From Eledone cirrhosa (taxonomy: Eukaryota), in contig OZ024740.1 of assembly GCA_964016885.1 (NCBI GenBank), forward strand, positions 298,654,001-298,718,000: a stretch of 64,000 nucleotides of DNA, written 5' to 3'. The stretch's first letter is position 1. The number at the start of each line of letters is the position of its first letter. This document shows, piece after piece, positions 14,362-28,280 of the stretch. Position numbers and translations under genes: made by a program. A model generated the notes under the pieces. It worked only from the letters and a program-made list of their open reading frames with translations, did no database searches and had not been told where the DNA came from.

Positions 14362-14578
14362 AAGGGCGGTGGATTAGCAGTATTGATAGAGCATCAGACG
14401 CTATGTTTTGCAGCATCGAGTTACAGCCCTTTATGTTCTGAGTTCAAATCCTGCCAAGGTTAGCTTTGTCTTACAGGGTCGATAAATATAGCACAAGTAA
14501 TACACAGGGGTTGATTTAATCGACCTTCCCCTCGCCTTCAAATTGCTGGCCTTGTGCCTAAAGTAGAAACAATTATTA
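14362..14578 (+). mobile_element. Near full-length tRNA-derived SINE, family M
   Basis: A-box-like head, B-box GAGTTCAAATC, core GGGTCGATAAA, tail TTGCTGGCCTTGTGCC..AGTAGAAACAATTATTA; other copies at 35818-35940, 41640-41950, 57015-57198 (+) and 8690-8780, 22260-22390 (-). Confidence 0.8.
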
Positions 14579-14944
14579 GATTATTTGACTAATAGACCAT
14601 TCCATTGATATTTACAGCTAGTTGCTGTATGTTCAGGAAATTGGTGCCATGTGAATTGTCTGTTTATATTCTCAAATATGGGTTGGCATTCAGTCACTCC
14701 TATGTTCTGCAGGAAACAAATATATTTGTTCCAGTTTCCAAACAGTAGAAATGGGTTTCAAAGAGATTTGGCTACTGTTGCTCGGAACTTGAGTATCATT
14801 AACTGTAAATATTGATGCTTCTTCATTAGCAGATGAAACACAGCACACTCATCTTGCTACATTGCATCCTTCATTTTTTCTTCTTGGATTTCTGATCACA
14901 ATAAGTGTTCCAGTTAATTCAATTAATTAAACTGCCTACTTCTA

Positions 14945-15205
14945 CAATTGATGTGTAAGTGGCTGAGCAGTCCACAGACATGTGCAACCTTAATTTAGAT
15001 TTCAAGAAGATTGTGTGACACAATGTGTGACAAGGCAGACCCCTTGAATTATAAGTACGACTCAGTTTTCACATCTGTGTGGACTGGAAAAATGTGAAAT
15101 AAAGTATCTTGCTCAAGGGCTCAATGTGCTGCCTGTTTGGGAATCAAACTCAGAAGCTTACAATTGTGAGCCAACATCTGATCCATTAAACCACGCACCT
15201 TCACT
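14945..15205 (-). mobile_element. tRNA-derived SINE with CTTGAGCAAG (CORE/V-like) domain
   Basis: On the minus strand: TGGTTTAATGG..GAGTTTGATTCC..CTTGAGCAAGATACTTTATTTCAC; related fragment at 41110-41225. Confidence 0.65.
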
Positions 15206-16589
15206 AACCATTAATCCATGCATCCTTCATAATATATTGGAATGTGCAGTGTGGTTCTTAATCAGGCACGGGATACCTGGGGTGCTGGATTTGTGACTTG
15301 AGCCCAGATATTTAACACATTAATTATATGCTATAGTTATACTGAAGCTGAGCTGACTATGAGCTCCAAAATAACATCAGTTATACATATAGATTAATTG
15401 AAGAAATAACCAAAACATCTTTGGTTGTCTAGAAAGAATTGCGTGTATTCACACTGATAGAACTTTCCTTTGGAAAATCTTCTGCAACCTCTATACTCCT
15501 TTTATTTTATTTCTTAAGATTATCATCAATTCAGCAGTTTGCAAAAGCAAAACTATCTTAAAGAGAATCAGTATATTCATTTATATGACTTAATATAAGC
15601 AATTTTTTTTTTTGTACCTTATAGATGAATTTTTATAAATATGGATTGAAAATCTTTTCAGTTGTTGGCAAAATGTCATTAAAAGCAATAGAATATATAG
15701 TAAATTACAGAACTCTTTCGTTAATCTTGTATTTTCTTCTTTTTAAATCTTGACATAAAAACATCATTATTTATGGTATGATCAGATATATAAAATTTCA
15801 TTTTATATCTCCATTTCTTTCGAAATCAAACTGGAAACAAAGAAATTAAAATATGAAAGTAAAAATAAACAAAACAAAACAAAACAAAACCAAAATAAAA
15901 CATGAAGACTCACAATATCACCACCACCACTGTAAAATCCACTGCTACAATAATATCTAAATGATAGTCTTGAGACGAAATATGAGAATGGAAGTAAAGA
16001 TTTCAGCCCTGAAGCAAAGGATTTTTTTAAAAAACCCATCAGAAATTATACTGATTTAAGACAGTAACTGTTATTGCACTCCAGACTTGTGGTGTTGCCA
16101 AACAGATGCAGCTTGTTATTAAATAGCATATATATATTCTGTAGTGTATTTTACTTTCTCTTTGAGAGCTTTTGATTAAATGCACATATATCTTCTGTTA
16201 TTTTTGAATTATTCTCATTCTCCCTGTATCTCTGACTTTCTTTACCAGTGAGCTTGTTAAAATGCAGATTCTCTGTTTTATCTATATATCTCTCTGTTTT
16301 CCCTTTCTTCTTTCTGTTTCATCTATATTTCTCTCTTTTCTGTCCTCGTTATCTGTTTTTTCCTTCTATTTTACTTCTATATTACACAAACAAAATGATG
16401 TACAATGAAATAATACAATAATTCATGATATATGAATATGATTCTATGTGTATTGTTTAACAAAATCACACTGTGTGGCTAATATTTGACACTCCCACTC
16501 ATAACGTAGCACACATGTATTTCCAATAACTATGATGGACACACATGCAAACACAATAATTCACTGGAATATTCCTCTCTCCCTCTCTC

Positions 16590-16645
16590 TTTGTATTTAT
16601 ATATATATGTATTTATATATATATATATATATACATGTATTTATT

Positions 16646-16676
<31 letters not shown>

Positions 16677-16951
16677 GTATTTATATATATATATTTATAA
16701 ATATATATATATATATATTTATAAATATATATATATATATAAATACATACATACATAAGTACATACATCTATATATATAAATAAAATATATATATATATA
16801 TATAAATAAAATATATATATATAAATAAATAAATACATGTATATATATATAAATACATATATATATGTATGTTAAATGATGATGGTGATGATGATGATAT
16901 ATATTTATTTATTTATATGTATATATATTTATTTATACATATATATTTAAT

Positions 16952-16982
<31 letters not shown>

Positions 16983-17096
16983 TTGTATATAAATATATAT
17001 ATATATAAAATAAATATGTATGATATATATATGATATATATATCATACATATATATTTTATGTATATATCATCATCATTTTACGTCTGCTTTTCCT

Positions 17097-17145
<49 letters not shown>

Positions 17146-17175
17146 CATATATTTTATATTTATATATATATATTT
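16590..17175. repeat. Degenerate (TA)n low-complexity tract
   Basis: Directly visible; also holds short RTE-tail remnants. Confidence 0.95.
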
Positions 17176-17178
17176 TAG

Positions 17179-18854
17179 AAAGTAACAGAAAGAGTTATAG
17201 CACAGCTGATTAGGGACCGGGTGAATATAGACGAGATGCAATTTGGGTTTGTACCAGGGAAAGGCACCACTGATGCCCTCTTCCTTGTGAGGCAATTACA
17301 GGAAAAGTACCTAGCTAAAAGTAAGCCACTCTACTTGGCATTTGTCGACCTTGAGAAAGCCTTTGACAGAGTTCCACGTGCAGTAATCTGGTGGGCTCTT
17401 AGAAAACTAGGAGTAGATGAATGGCTTGTGAAAGCGGTACAAGCCATGTATAGGGGAGCAGTCAGCAAAGTTAGGATTGGCAATGAGTATAGCGAGGAAT
17501 TTAGCGTACAGGTTGGGGTCCACCAGGGCTCTGTTCTTAGCCCTCTCCTGTTCATCATAGTCCTGCAGGCAATAACGGAGGAGTTTAAGACCGGATGCCA
17601 ATGGGAACTCCTGTATGCTGATGACCTCGCACTCATAGCTGAATCTATGGTAGAACTAGAGAATAAATTCCAAACCTGGAAGCAGGGACTAGAGAGAAAG
17701 GGCCTCAAAGTCAACATGACAAAGACTAAGGTCCTTATAAGTAGACGAGAAAACAGAACCCAGATCCCCTCAGGGAAATGGCCTTGCTCAGTATGTAGGA
17801 AAGGTGTAGGTAGGAACTCCATTCTCTGCCCCAAATGCAAACAATGGGTACACAAGAGATGTAGCGGGATCTCAGGAAGCTTAATTAAGAATGTAGGATT
17901 CACATGCAGCAGCTGTGCTGAAACAGCAAGCAAACAGCCACAGGAAACAAGTACCACCAATCTCTGGGAGGGCCCTGTAGAAACAGTAGACAGCTTCTGC
18001 TACCTAGGTGACCGAATTAGCAAAGGAGGTGGGTGCTCAGAAAGTACAATAACTAGGGTAAGAACGGGATGGAAGAAGTTTAGGGAACTACTACCACTGC
18101 TAGCTGCAAAAGGCTTCTCCCTCAGAATGAAAGGCAGACTGTATGATGCGTGTATCCGAACAGCGATGTTGCATGGTAGTGAGACCTGGGCGCTGAAGGT
18201 GGAAGACTTACGTAGATTAGAGAGAAACGAAGCCTGCATGCTCCGATGGATGTGTAACAGTAATATACGTGAACGACAAAGCATAAAGGAATTGAGAGAG
18301 AGACTGAGCATAAGAGGAATCAAATGCTGCGTGCAGGAGAGGCGGTTATGCTGGTATGGACATGTGATGCGTATGAAGGATGACAGCTGCATAAAAAGGT
18401 GCAGAGCACCAGAAGTTGATGGAAACCGCGGAGTGAGACCCAAGATGACTTGGGATGATGTGATAAAAGCCGACCTTACCCAACTACACCTCTCAAAGTC
18501 AATGACACACGACCGTGACTTCTGGCGTCACGCAGTAATACAGGGTACCCGACCTCCCATGGGTACATGCTGAAGCATATAAACAATATGCCCCCCCCCC
18601 ACCGCAAGGTGGTCGTGGAGGTGCCACGGCAAAAAAGCACCCAGCCCACACTGTAAAGTGGACGTGTAGGCGCCACGAAAAAGCACCCAGCACTCACTGT
18701 AAATGAGGTTGGTGTTAGGAAGGGCATCCAGCTGTAGAAATCAAGCCAGATCAGTTCCTGTATGAGCAAGGCATGGTCAGCCGACCAGACACTGCCCACA
18801 ACAGGACAACCCGTCTAACCCATGCTAGCGTGGAAGAACAGACGTAAAACGGTG

Positions 18855-18860
<6 letters not shown>
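17179..18860 (+). mobile_element. 5'-truncated RTE LINE with an uninterrupted ORF (RT, PHD finger, C-terminus) and full 3' UTR
   Basis: Frame open from 17179 ([14 protein letters not shown]) to 18573; RT motifs QFGF, FVDLEKAFDRV, GVHQGSVLSPLLF, LLYADDL, FCYLG; tail GACGTAAAACGGTGATGATG; (TA)n on both sides. Confidence 0.95.
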
Positions 18861-18903
<43 letters not shown>

Positions 18904-18945
18904 CCTGTTGAAATTGCAAGAGCCCAGCTGTTGGGGTCCTGATTC

Positions 18946-18991
<46 letters not shown>

Positions 18992-19027
18992 CCCATACTA
19001 GCATGGAAGAATGGACACATAAAACGG

Positions 19028-19064
<37 letters not shown>

Positions 19065-19178
19065 ATATATATAGATATGCACATTAATATAAATATAAAA
19101 TGTGTATGTGTATAATTTTCTAGAACATTTTTCTCATTCTTTGGCTCTCTGATATATATATATATATATATGAGAGAG

Positions 19179-19218
<40 letters not shown>

Positions 19219-19564
19219 GACACATGCATGCATCCATACATTAATACTCACTTATACATATATTTTATGTATTATATTATATTTATACACACACATGAGA
19301 ATACATACCAACATACACATTAATTTCCCTAACCAACCACACACACACAGCCATGTCTTCCTTTCTCTCACACATTGTGATTCTCATGGATGATGTTATG
19401 TTTCACTCCTTTTTATTCTAATTTAATAACTTGCTTCTGTTTTAAAATCTATATTCCCATTTATTCCTTTATTTCTTTCCACTCCTCCTTACTTATTTGT
19501 GATTTGTTATCTCGGAGAGTGTAAGTGAGAAAGGATGATGTTTTCTTTTGTTTCAAACCCAATA

Positions 19565-19863
19565 TGATTATTATTATTATTACTATTATTATTATTATTA
19601 CTTTTATTATTTCTATTGTTATTATTACTATTACTACTATTATTACTATTATCGTTTCTATTATTATTATTATTATTATTTTTTATTATTTTTTTATTAT
19701 TGTTTTTATTATAGTTATTTTTCACCATTAAATATTGTTATTCAATATGACTTCTATTATGATTCCTCTTGTGTGCTTTGTTTTTTAATTTTATTTTAAA
19801 TTATATTGAATAATATATCATCTGGAACTGCCAAAATCAGTTTCAGAATAATGCAGGAACTAG

Positions 19864-19905
<42 letters not shown>

Positions 19906-19943
19906 CCCCGTCGCTGCCACCACCACTACTACTACTACTACTG

Positions 19944-19982
<39 letters not shown>

Positions 19983-20085
19983 TCATCATTACCACCACCA
20001 TCACCACCATTACCACCATCACCACCACAATCACCACCACAACCACCACCACCACCACCACCACACTATTACTGCCACTACTACT
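19565..20085. repeat. (TAT)n and (CTA)n/(CCA)n trinucleotide microsatellites
   Basis: Directly visible; they explain the homopolymeric ORFs in the track. Confidence 0.95.
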
Positions 20086-22574
20086 TAGAGAAAATAATGT
20101 TAATAATGGAAAAGCAACAATCCTGAAGGCACAATAAGGAAAACCAATAATTAAAATATCACTGCAATATTCTAAGAATGGATCTTTGCTTTAAAAAAAA
20201 AAAAAAAAAAAAAATTCCATACACCCTGAGGATTCACCAAGCTAGTGATTAGCTTGTAGATTATGTAGCATCAAGTGGATTAGAGATGGCCTGCTGGATT
20301 GGATGACGATCTGTCATGAATATCTATCACTGCTATAATAGCCAGCTACTCATTTTTCAATGTTGTTATCATCGTCATCATAATTATGTCGGTGTTCCAT
20401 GTCAGTTTTATCTGTGCTGGCATAAGGGTTGATTGGGTTTGCACTACAGCCTATAATCAAGTGTGAAAGCTTTTTTTTTTTTTTGTCACTCCAACTCATT
20501 AAAGTTGCTGATCTTGGCTGCTTTCTCTTCATTACTTGCAAACTGTGCTCTCCAGAGTTAGTTCTTATTCCCATTAGGCTAACTTTTCAATATTCTTCCC
20601 TTTTTAGGAATCTACCTCTGCTTATGTGACACATTCAACAGTGTTTTGCATTCACCAAAGAGGAAATATCTCTTATCCTCACACAACTGCTGACACATTA
20701 CCCTCACATCCAATATCTCAAATGGAATTAATCCTTTCTGAGCAACCACCCATATGGTTTCCATCTGGAGAGCTAGATCTACCAGAGATCTGCTTTCTAC
20801 ATCACTAACTAGTGCACTCACACTTTTGTGAACTTTGTTGGAAGCAGTTTTGTTGGCTTTAACATCAGCAAAGAAGATGCTGTTGTGATTGGGTTTAGGA
20901 GATCAGCAAAGGGTCAGAAATGTATTTAATCTCACTTAGTAATTGATTGTCTAAAAAGCTCAAAGGCAACCTGCATTAGTGTACTGTTCACATGTCTGTG
21001 ATGGTACTGTTATTAAAGACAAATATATTTAGAACACATCCCAAAATAGACCATGTGGCTGATTAGCAATGACTGTTTTTATCAACCGCTTTTTCATGCT
21101 TGTATGGGCTGAACAGGTACTTCTCAGCACAACATTTCTCCACACATTGCGATCCTTTCTCATTGACTCTGTGAGTCTGTGATTTGAGGTCAGCTGTCAC
21201 AACCCCTGCCCTGGATGTATATACATTTTCTTAGATTGGATTTCAGATAAGTCTTTATCTCTAAATTAAAGGTAATAATATTTTTCTTTAGTATACTGAG
21301 GCATATATTTTTAGATTTTTAAAATGTCTTAGAAGAAGAAAGAGTGAAGTAGGGTTAACCATTTAGAATTAATGACTCAAGAGTTGGTGAGTGTTCAAAA
21401 ATAATTCTGATTCTAAGGAACACTAATACAGAATATAAAAAAATCATGATCAGTCATTGGAATATAAACATACTTTCTCCATCCAGGCCTTCTGGTACTC
21501 TAATTGTGTGTCACTCCCTGGATTTTTGGTCAGTCCTTTTTTCCCAAGCCTAGCATGACACTCTGTTCAGCACTACTGCCTGGTTCTTTTATGCCTTCAG
21601 GATAGTTGACTATGTGGCAAGTATTTGGCCCATTCCTTCCCCGCCCTTACCTTCCAGGCAGAAGTTCACTGACTGAGCATCAACTATATCCATATTGATA
21701 GTCCTCCTCTATTTTATGGAAAAAAACAAAAAAACAAAACAAAACAAAGCACAAAACAAAAAAAAAACTCCCTCCACACTCTTTCTCCAAACATGTTAAT
21801 CACATCAATCTGAGAGGGCCTGCACAGGCCATAAACAATACTTCTCATCTTTTGACTAACTTGTATATAAAAAAGAAATCATTGTCATAACAATGATGTT
21901 AAAATGAAATAAAAATACATATCTAGAATTGAATGGTGAATATTTATTTAAATAAACAATATAGATACACATATATAATGGTTATTGGAATGAGAATTAC
22001 AAATGTTAGTAGCTAATTTACTTTCCAATGAATAATGTTTTATGTGTTATATATATATATATATATATAAATCTGCTGTTAAAAAAATGACTGTTATTCG
22101 TATTCAGGGTTGCATATGAGTTGGTAGTATGTATTATGCTTTCACTAACGATTTTAAGTGTTCATGCTGTAGTGTGCACACACAGGCACTCTCTTGGCTT
22201 TCTATTTCTTAATTCAGCAGAACATCCAAGATGTGACAGCCAAAAGCATATTGGGCTGCACCAGCATTGAGTTGGTTTGTATTTTATTGATTCCAGAAAG
22301 ATGAAAGGCAAAGTGAACCTTGGTGTGATTTGATCTCAGAGTGCAGAAAGTTGAAACAAATACTTAATGCTCTAAAACCTCTGCCAGTTTTTACCACCTG
22401 ACTGCTAAGTAATAACATTTGGTATGGTTAACATGTCACAAATTTGATCCAAGAAGTTAGGAAAAGGTGAAAAATAAAAAAGTAAAAAGAAAAGCTAACA
22501 TTGGCATGGATTGGAGTTACTAAAACTCTGAAGCATAATAATTGTCCTTGTTGAAAGATCTTAAAAACATTATA

Positions 22575-22795
22575 AATCGATGTAGAATCTAGGAGTTGAG
22601 CATTAGAACTGACCCAGGTTTCTGATTTCAAATAGATGTAGAATCTAGGAGTTGAGCATTAGAACTGACCCAGGTTTCTAATTTCAAATAGATCTAGAAT
22701 CTAGGAATCTAACCATATAACTGACCCAGGGTTCTGACTTCACATAGATGTAGAATCTAGGAATCTAGCCATAGAACTGACCCAGGTTTCTGAGT
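22575..22795. repeat. 56-bp minisatellite, 4 units
   Basis: GATGTAGAATCTAGGA...AGAACTGACCCAGGTTTCTGATTTCAAATA starts at 22579, 22635, 22691, 22747. Confidence 0.92.
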
Positions 22796-22924
22796 ACAAA
22801 TTGCTGATGTAGGATTTTGTCATAGTTGATAAAAATGTACCAATACGATACTGAAACCAATTCAATTAACTATGTATTCTATATGAAATACAGCTAGTGC
22901 TTAGGCCAAAATGAATCAATATTC

Positions 22925-22956
<32 letters not shown>

Positions 22957-23935
22957 CATCATTATTATTATTTATAGCTAATGTTATTTTCTTTTTTTTT
23001 TCTCAATTAAATACTGACAATTTTTGTAGTAATATTTCAAATTAAGAATTGATTTAAAAAAATAATAGTACTGGTTTGTTGTGGTATGTGTTGTAAATTA
23101 TTGTTCTAAGATGTTTTTTTTTCTTTCTTTTAACTGTGTCTCTAGTATGTGTGAGATTTGTTTTTTCATATATTTTATTATGTTTTGTTTTGGGAATTGG
23201 CTGGAGGTTGTTGAGGAAAACACTGAAAATAGCTGTTGTAAAATAAAATACCGGACAATCAAAAGATACCACCACCACCACCACCACCACCACCACCACC
23301 ACCACCACCATCACCATTGATAATATGATGATGGTGGTAATATTCCTATTCCTACTATCACTAAAATCACTAAATTTAAAACTAATTTCCAGCATTTATC
23401 CTCAGACATTTCTGTGAGGACATTGACTCTCCATATGAACTGATTAAATCTCAAACCAATATGGAAAATGATAATAATGATGATGATGATGATTTGAAAT
23501 AATTTTTGTGTAATAACCCACATGGAGATCTCAACAACTGAATTATCATGGTTTCAATTTAGTTGAGTCACATTTGAGCTTTTGTGTTGTTTGTACCATC
23601 AAACTCTTTATATATCATTCAATGTATGTATGTGTTCTGTAACTCCTGATGGAGTTATTGGGGCACCATATTGATATACAGCATTTCTAAGGCATTTTTT
23701 AAGTCTGGCTGAGCCCCTCTCCTCTCCAGGTCTAAATACAGCATATTTCTTCCATTGAAGGATAGAGAGTGAGAGAGTGGAAGTGAGAAAGAAATATAGA
23801 GGAAGAATTGACCTCCAGTACTAGACCGGTACTTTTTTCATCAACTTCAAATGGATGAAAAGGCAAAATTACTTCATATCATTCAATATCTATTGTAAAT
23901 CAGTTGGTGGTGTAGATTGATATAAAACAGAGGAA

Positions 23936-24174
23936 TTAACTGTTTCATGACACATTTCTAATGAAATACACTCTGTTTCAATTAGTTAATGAAGAATTTT
24001 GAGGGATTTATTAAAATGATTCATTATTTCATTACAAAGATAGTCTCTTAGTGTAAGATTCATATATAAAATTATGTTGGGCAATTTTAATGTAAATTGG
24101 AAACCTTTAAAATGGCTGGCTTTATTTCATAGAACCAGAGCCAGTTTTGACCGGACTGGTAACAAAATGATTAA
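23936..24174. mobile_element. piggyBac-type MITE, family B
   Basis: TTAA-bounded, ATTTCTAATGAAATACAC subterminal motif; other copies at 28320-28519, 28545-28784, 38915-39179, 39440-39600, 62939-63312. Confidence 0.75.
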
Positions 24175-27100
24175 ATAATTCTACATAAGAATATGTTTTT
24201 AGCTTCACTCTGAAATAATTTACTTGTTGTTTAGCCCTCTAGTTAGCCACGATGATCCTATTTTTGTTTTTCAGGCATTGTATAGCTTCTTTTTTTAAAA
24301 CAGTAAGGTGTCATCTTAGAGGAAGTTTTGCTGCTATTTTTAGTATGTCGAGTAACCATAAAATATATTTCCTCATTGCTTTTGCTGTTGTTGTTTTTGT
24401 AATATTTCAAATTAAGAATTGATTTTGTTTCTGTTCTGTTGTATGCAATTGAGCTGATTAACACGATCCTTTATTGAACTGACAAAGGTGGAATCGTACC
24501 ATCCCGTTTTTAGGATTACATTACTCAATATGTCCTTCTTTATGTTAAAATTAAAGAATATGATTTCAAGGAGATTTAGTTGCTATTTCGAGCTAACCAA
24601 ACATTTACATAGAGGCATTCTTATTTAGAGATTATAATTCCAAACCTATTTTAGCACCAGGGTAGAAAGTATTCATATATAGAATAAATTTAATAATGTT
24701 TTATGGTGTTACATAATTCTTCTTTTTTTTGCTTTCATTTCTTCTTGACTTCTCTCTGTCTTTCTTTCATTTGCCATTTATTCTTTGTATGTAATTTAGT
24801 GCATTGTTTTCATTACTTTAATTTTTCCTTCTGTCTTCCACTTTCATTTCTTATTTCCTGTCATTTTTAAAAAATTGTTCATTTTTTTTAATTTTTACAT
24901 TTGTATTGTTTTCTCTTATTTTCTTACTGTTTATTTAGTTCTTTTCATTTTCTTTTTAAAACTCATACATCCATCACTTTATCTTCTGCACTCTCATTTC
25001 TAAATGAACACGGAATCCAAATATCTAAAATAATCCTATTGAAATGAAAAATTGCTGTAATTTATATTTGTAGAAGAAAGAACTAAGAAGAAAGCTTGTC
25101 CTTCTTTTTTAAGTTTGTTTTCATCTCTTTTTTTTACATTTCTCCGTCATCTGTGCAATAGTCTTGTTATTAATTGCTTCACTCTCACACTTTGCTGCAA
25201 CTTGTACAACACACTAGCTACTTTATATGCAGGTGTGCATCATGAAACAATTTTGAATCAAGACGATTTTTTATTTTATTTTAGCTGATTTTCATTTTCA
25301 TTTACTGCCCCCCCCCCCCCCCCCCTTTGTAAACTTGACATTTATTTCATGTTGTTTTCATTCTTCTTAGTCAATTTAATATGGCTAAACTATTCTAGAA
25401 AGTAAATTAAAACTAATTAATGCATTTTGTGCATTTTGCATGGAAAATTATTACACTCCTTGGTAATACCCCAGTCATTGTAAATAGATGTTTATACTTA
25501 AAAGGATGGCAATTGCAACAGCTGCAGTTGATTGCTGGTTTTGGAAAAGTGCAACTTAAATGTATAATATTTTAAGAGATGAATCTCCAAAAGAATGGAT
25601 GTGGAGTTATGTAATACATTTGAGTAGCTTAATGGCTTAATGTCATATATGCATGTTGACATGCAAACAAACACTTACTTGATATGGTTGTGAGCAAGTG
25701 CCATCTCTTGAACTGGCCATACAGTCTAGAAGTTTGTAATTTTCATACTGCCATCTGATAAGCTAAGCTCATTTAAAGAATCCATCAAACTAGCTTAGGG
25801 TATTTAATAAATTAAACCTTTTCGGTAGGTGCCAATATAATCTAATGGATCAGGCAGTCATGGTAAAGGCAGTAGAAATAAACAACAAAAACAGAAAAAG
25901 AAAATATAAAAACGAAAGAAAATGGGATTTATCTCAACAAGGACTTAACTTGTTTGTCTCAAATCAATGATGTCAATCCTGCCTCACTCAAAATCTTCGC
26001 TTATCTTTGCATTCTTGTTATCAGAATGGCAATACAAAACCTTATAATCAATTATCCATACAAATGTTTCATTTGTCCTTCCAGCAATAATCTAAATTGA
26101 AGTTTATTAGAATTCCATTTCTTTCATACCACTTCAAAATCCTTCCATTAAGTTTTTTTTACTCCTTGTTCTCTCTTTTATATTTGGTAACAATGCAAAA
26201 AAAAAAATCTCTATATATATATATATATCGAGGTTCATATCAACATTCATTTTCTTTCAATACAGATTTGGACTGTTTCACACACATGCATGCATATACT
26301 CACACACACATACTTAAATATTGAGACAGCTTGTGGATAAGTTGTAAATAAATTTACATGCATGCATTAAATAAATATACATTTAGTTCTGCTATGCAAG
26401 TAAACCCTCACATTTTTTATAAGTAGTATCTCTGTAGAATCAATAACGTCAGCACTCTTTATGAGTTGATAATGACTAGTGGAACTGAGTTGTTAACAGC
26501 AAGGTTAAATGTATATTTATTAAATATATGGATTTAAATTCATGAGGGAACTCCTATATAGTCATGAGCCAATGAAGGAGCTTTTATGCTCCCTCATATA
26601 ATCTCCCTCATATAGCACCTACTATCTTAACAGAAAAGGAAGGTCACATTTAGAGAATATAGTTTCAGATATACCATGTCTGTAAAAATAGGACAGTATT
26701 GTCATGACTGGAACACTTTTGATGATAGGCCTACTTAATCTGTTCTAATCGAAGGTAATATTTTACTAAAATCATTATTTTGCACCCGAATTATTAGTGG
26801 TAGGAAAAACCTCCAGCTGTAAAGATAAATGTACTAATCAGCATGCCATTTAATTTTCCCCAGCCATTGAGCAGAACATTTGATGATTTGAGAAAAATTA
26901 TTGTAGCTGCATTTCAAACTTTGTGAGTAGCAACATTTTAATGTGCATGACTCAAATACAGTAATGTGCAGCTACACACTCACATAGATTAGAGGTAACA
27001 TTGGTGTCAATATAAAAACCATTCCATTCACACACTCATAGAAAAATACATGTGAAAAAGTAATTAGAAAATTTTAGAAAAATCATAAATTAAAAATTTG

Positions 27101-27450
27101 TATGCAGTCTTGTTTGTATTTCATGTTATTTTTATTTCATGTTCTTTAAAAGTTATGAGCTAGTTAGTATATCTATACTTTTAAAGAGTATGAGAAATGT
27201 TTGAGCAAGTGCTTTTTCTTGCTGGCAGCTTTCCAATGGACTAAAAATCTTTCATAACTATAAAATTTGAGTTGCTTTGGTGAAACTGAGAATATGGTTG
27301 ATCATTTAATACCCTTTTGCAGAACAATGGTGGGAAGGAATTCACCTGGTGATGAAAATACCGTTGTGACACAAAAGTTAAATGTGAAATTATATTTTGT
27401 ATACTAGCCATCCATTCATCATACACAACCCATAACTAGAACCTAGAATT

Positions 27451-28280
27451 CACATATATACTTGAATATAATCTGATCTAAATATAAGCTGACCCTATAG
27501 TTTATGTCTGAGAAATAGGCAAAAATCCAAACCTCATTTATAAGCACATCTCCTTTACCATCCTCCAGGGAAACGCCTTCTCCATTCTGTCTGCTGGGGC
27601 TGTGGGGAGGTCAGCACTTGGGACCCGATTTGCTTTACCATACGGAGAGATGGATAGGGCAAGAGAGATGGAGGTGATGATAGTGGGAGTTCGGCTGTTC
27701 TTTCATGTTTACTTAGGTTACTATTTTCTATTGTATATTGTTATTGTCTTAAATGTATGCTTTAATTTCTTTAAATCTACATCAATACTCCTTCACTCTC
27801 ACACTCATTAACACCCCTCCCCCATTGACACATCCAAAACTCTTTAGTCACACATCACAACACAACCTGATCTCAATTTATAAGCTGAGGCAGATAATCA
27901 ACACATTATGTTTAGATGGGGCAGTTTTGAAATCCTCATAAAGTTTTAACATTTTAATATTTAGAATGCTTTAAGTGTTATTTAGAGTATATAGTTTTTG
28001 TTTCACAACTCTATTACATAATGATATTTTATCAATTTCTGACCGTGTTGAAGGCCATATTTATTCAAAACATAAAAAATAATATGAATAACGAATTTCA
28101 TGTCAAAAGTGAAATCAATATAATATTTACTTCCAAAGCAAAAATATTTTAGCACCTCATTTATGTAGAATTTTGAAGTTAGTGAAAATTGGCAAAATAT
28201 TGCCCTCGAATATAAGGTGAACCCCATTTTACCATCAATATTTTTTGTCACATATTTCTCGACATATATGAGTATATATG
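27451..28280. mobile_element. Degenerate Tc2/pogo-like MITE containing a CRE fragment
   Basis: Termini resemble CATATATACTCGAATATAAG, as in 51036-51554. Confidence 0.45.
27545..27705 (+). mobile_element. CRE-clade retrotransposon, extreme 3' fragment
   Basis: HISFTILQGNAFSILSAGA plus a 3' UTR similar to 49395-49550. Confidence 0.75.

Noticed and set aside
17331-18443. Long antisense ORFs over the RTE (also over 43700-46200)
   Set aside because: Shadow frames of RT coding sequence with no independent motifs
19507-20126. Poly-N/I/Y/L/P/V ORFs (also 13376, 16532, 23054, 61971)
   Set aside because: Translation artefacts of microsatellites
22575-22795. Regular repeats considered as a CRISPR array (also 5520-5700 and 30426-30494)
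   Set aside because: Units are head-to-tail with no unique spacers, there are no cas genes, and the context is eukaryotic
26864-26922. 59-nt candidate exon with good acceptor and GTGAGT donor
   Set aside because: No recognisable homology; such site pairs are expected by chance in 64 kb
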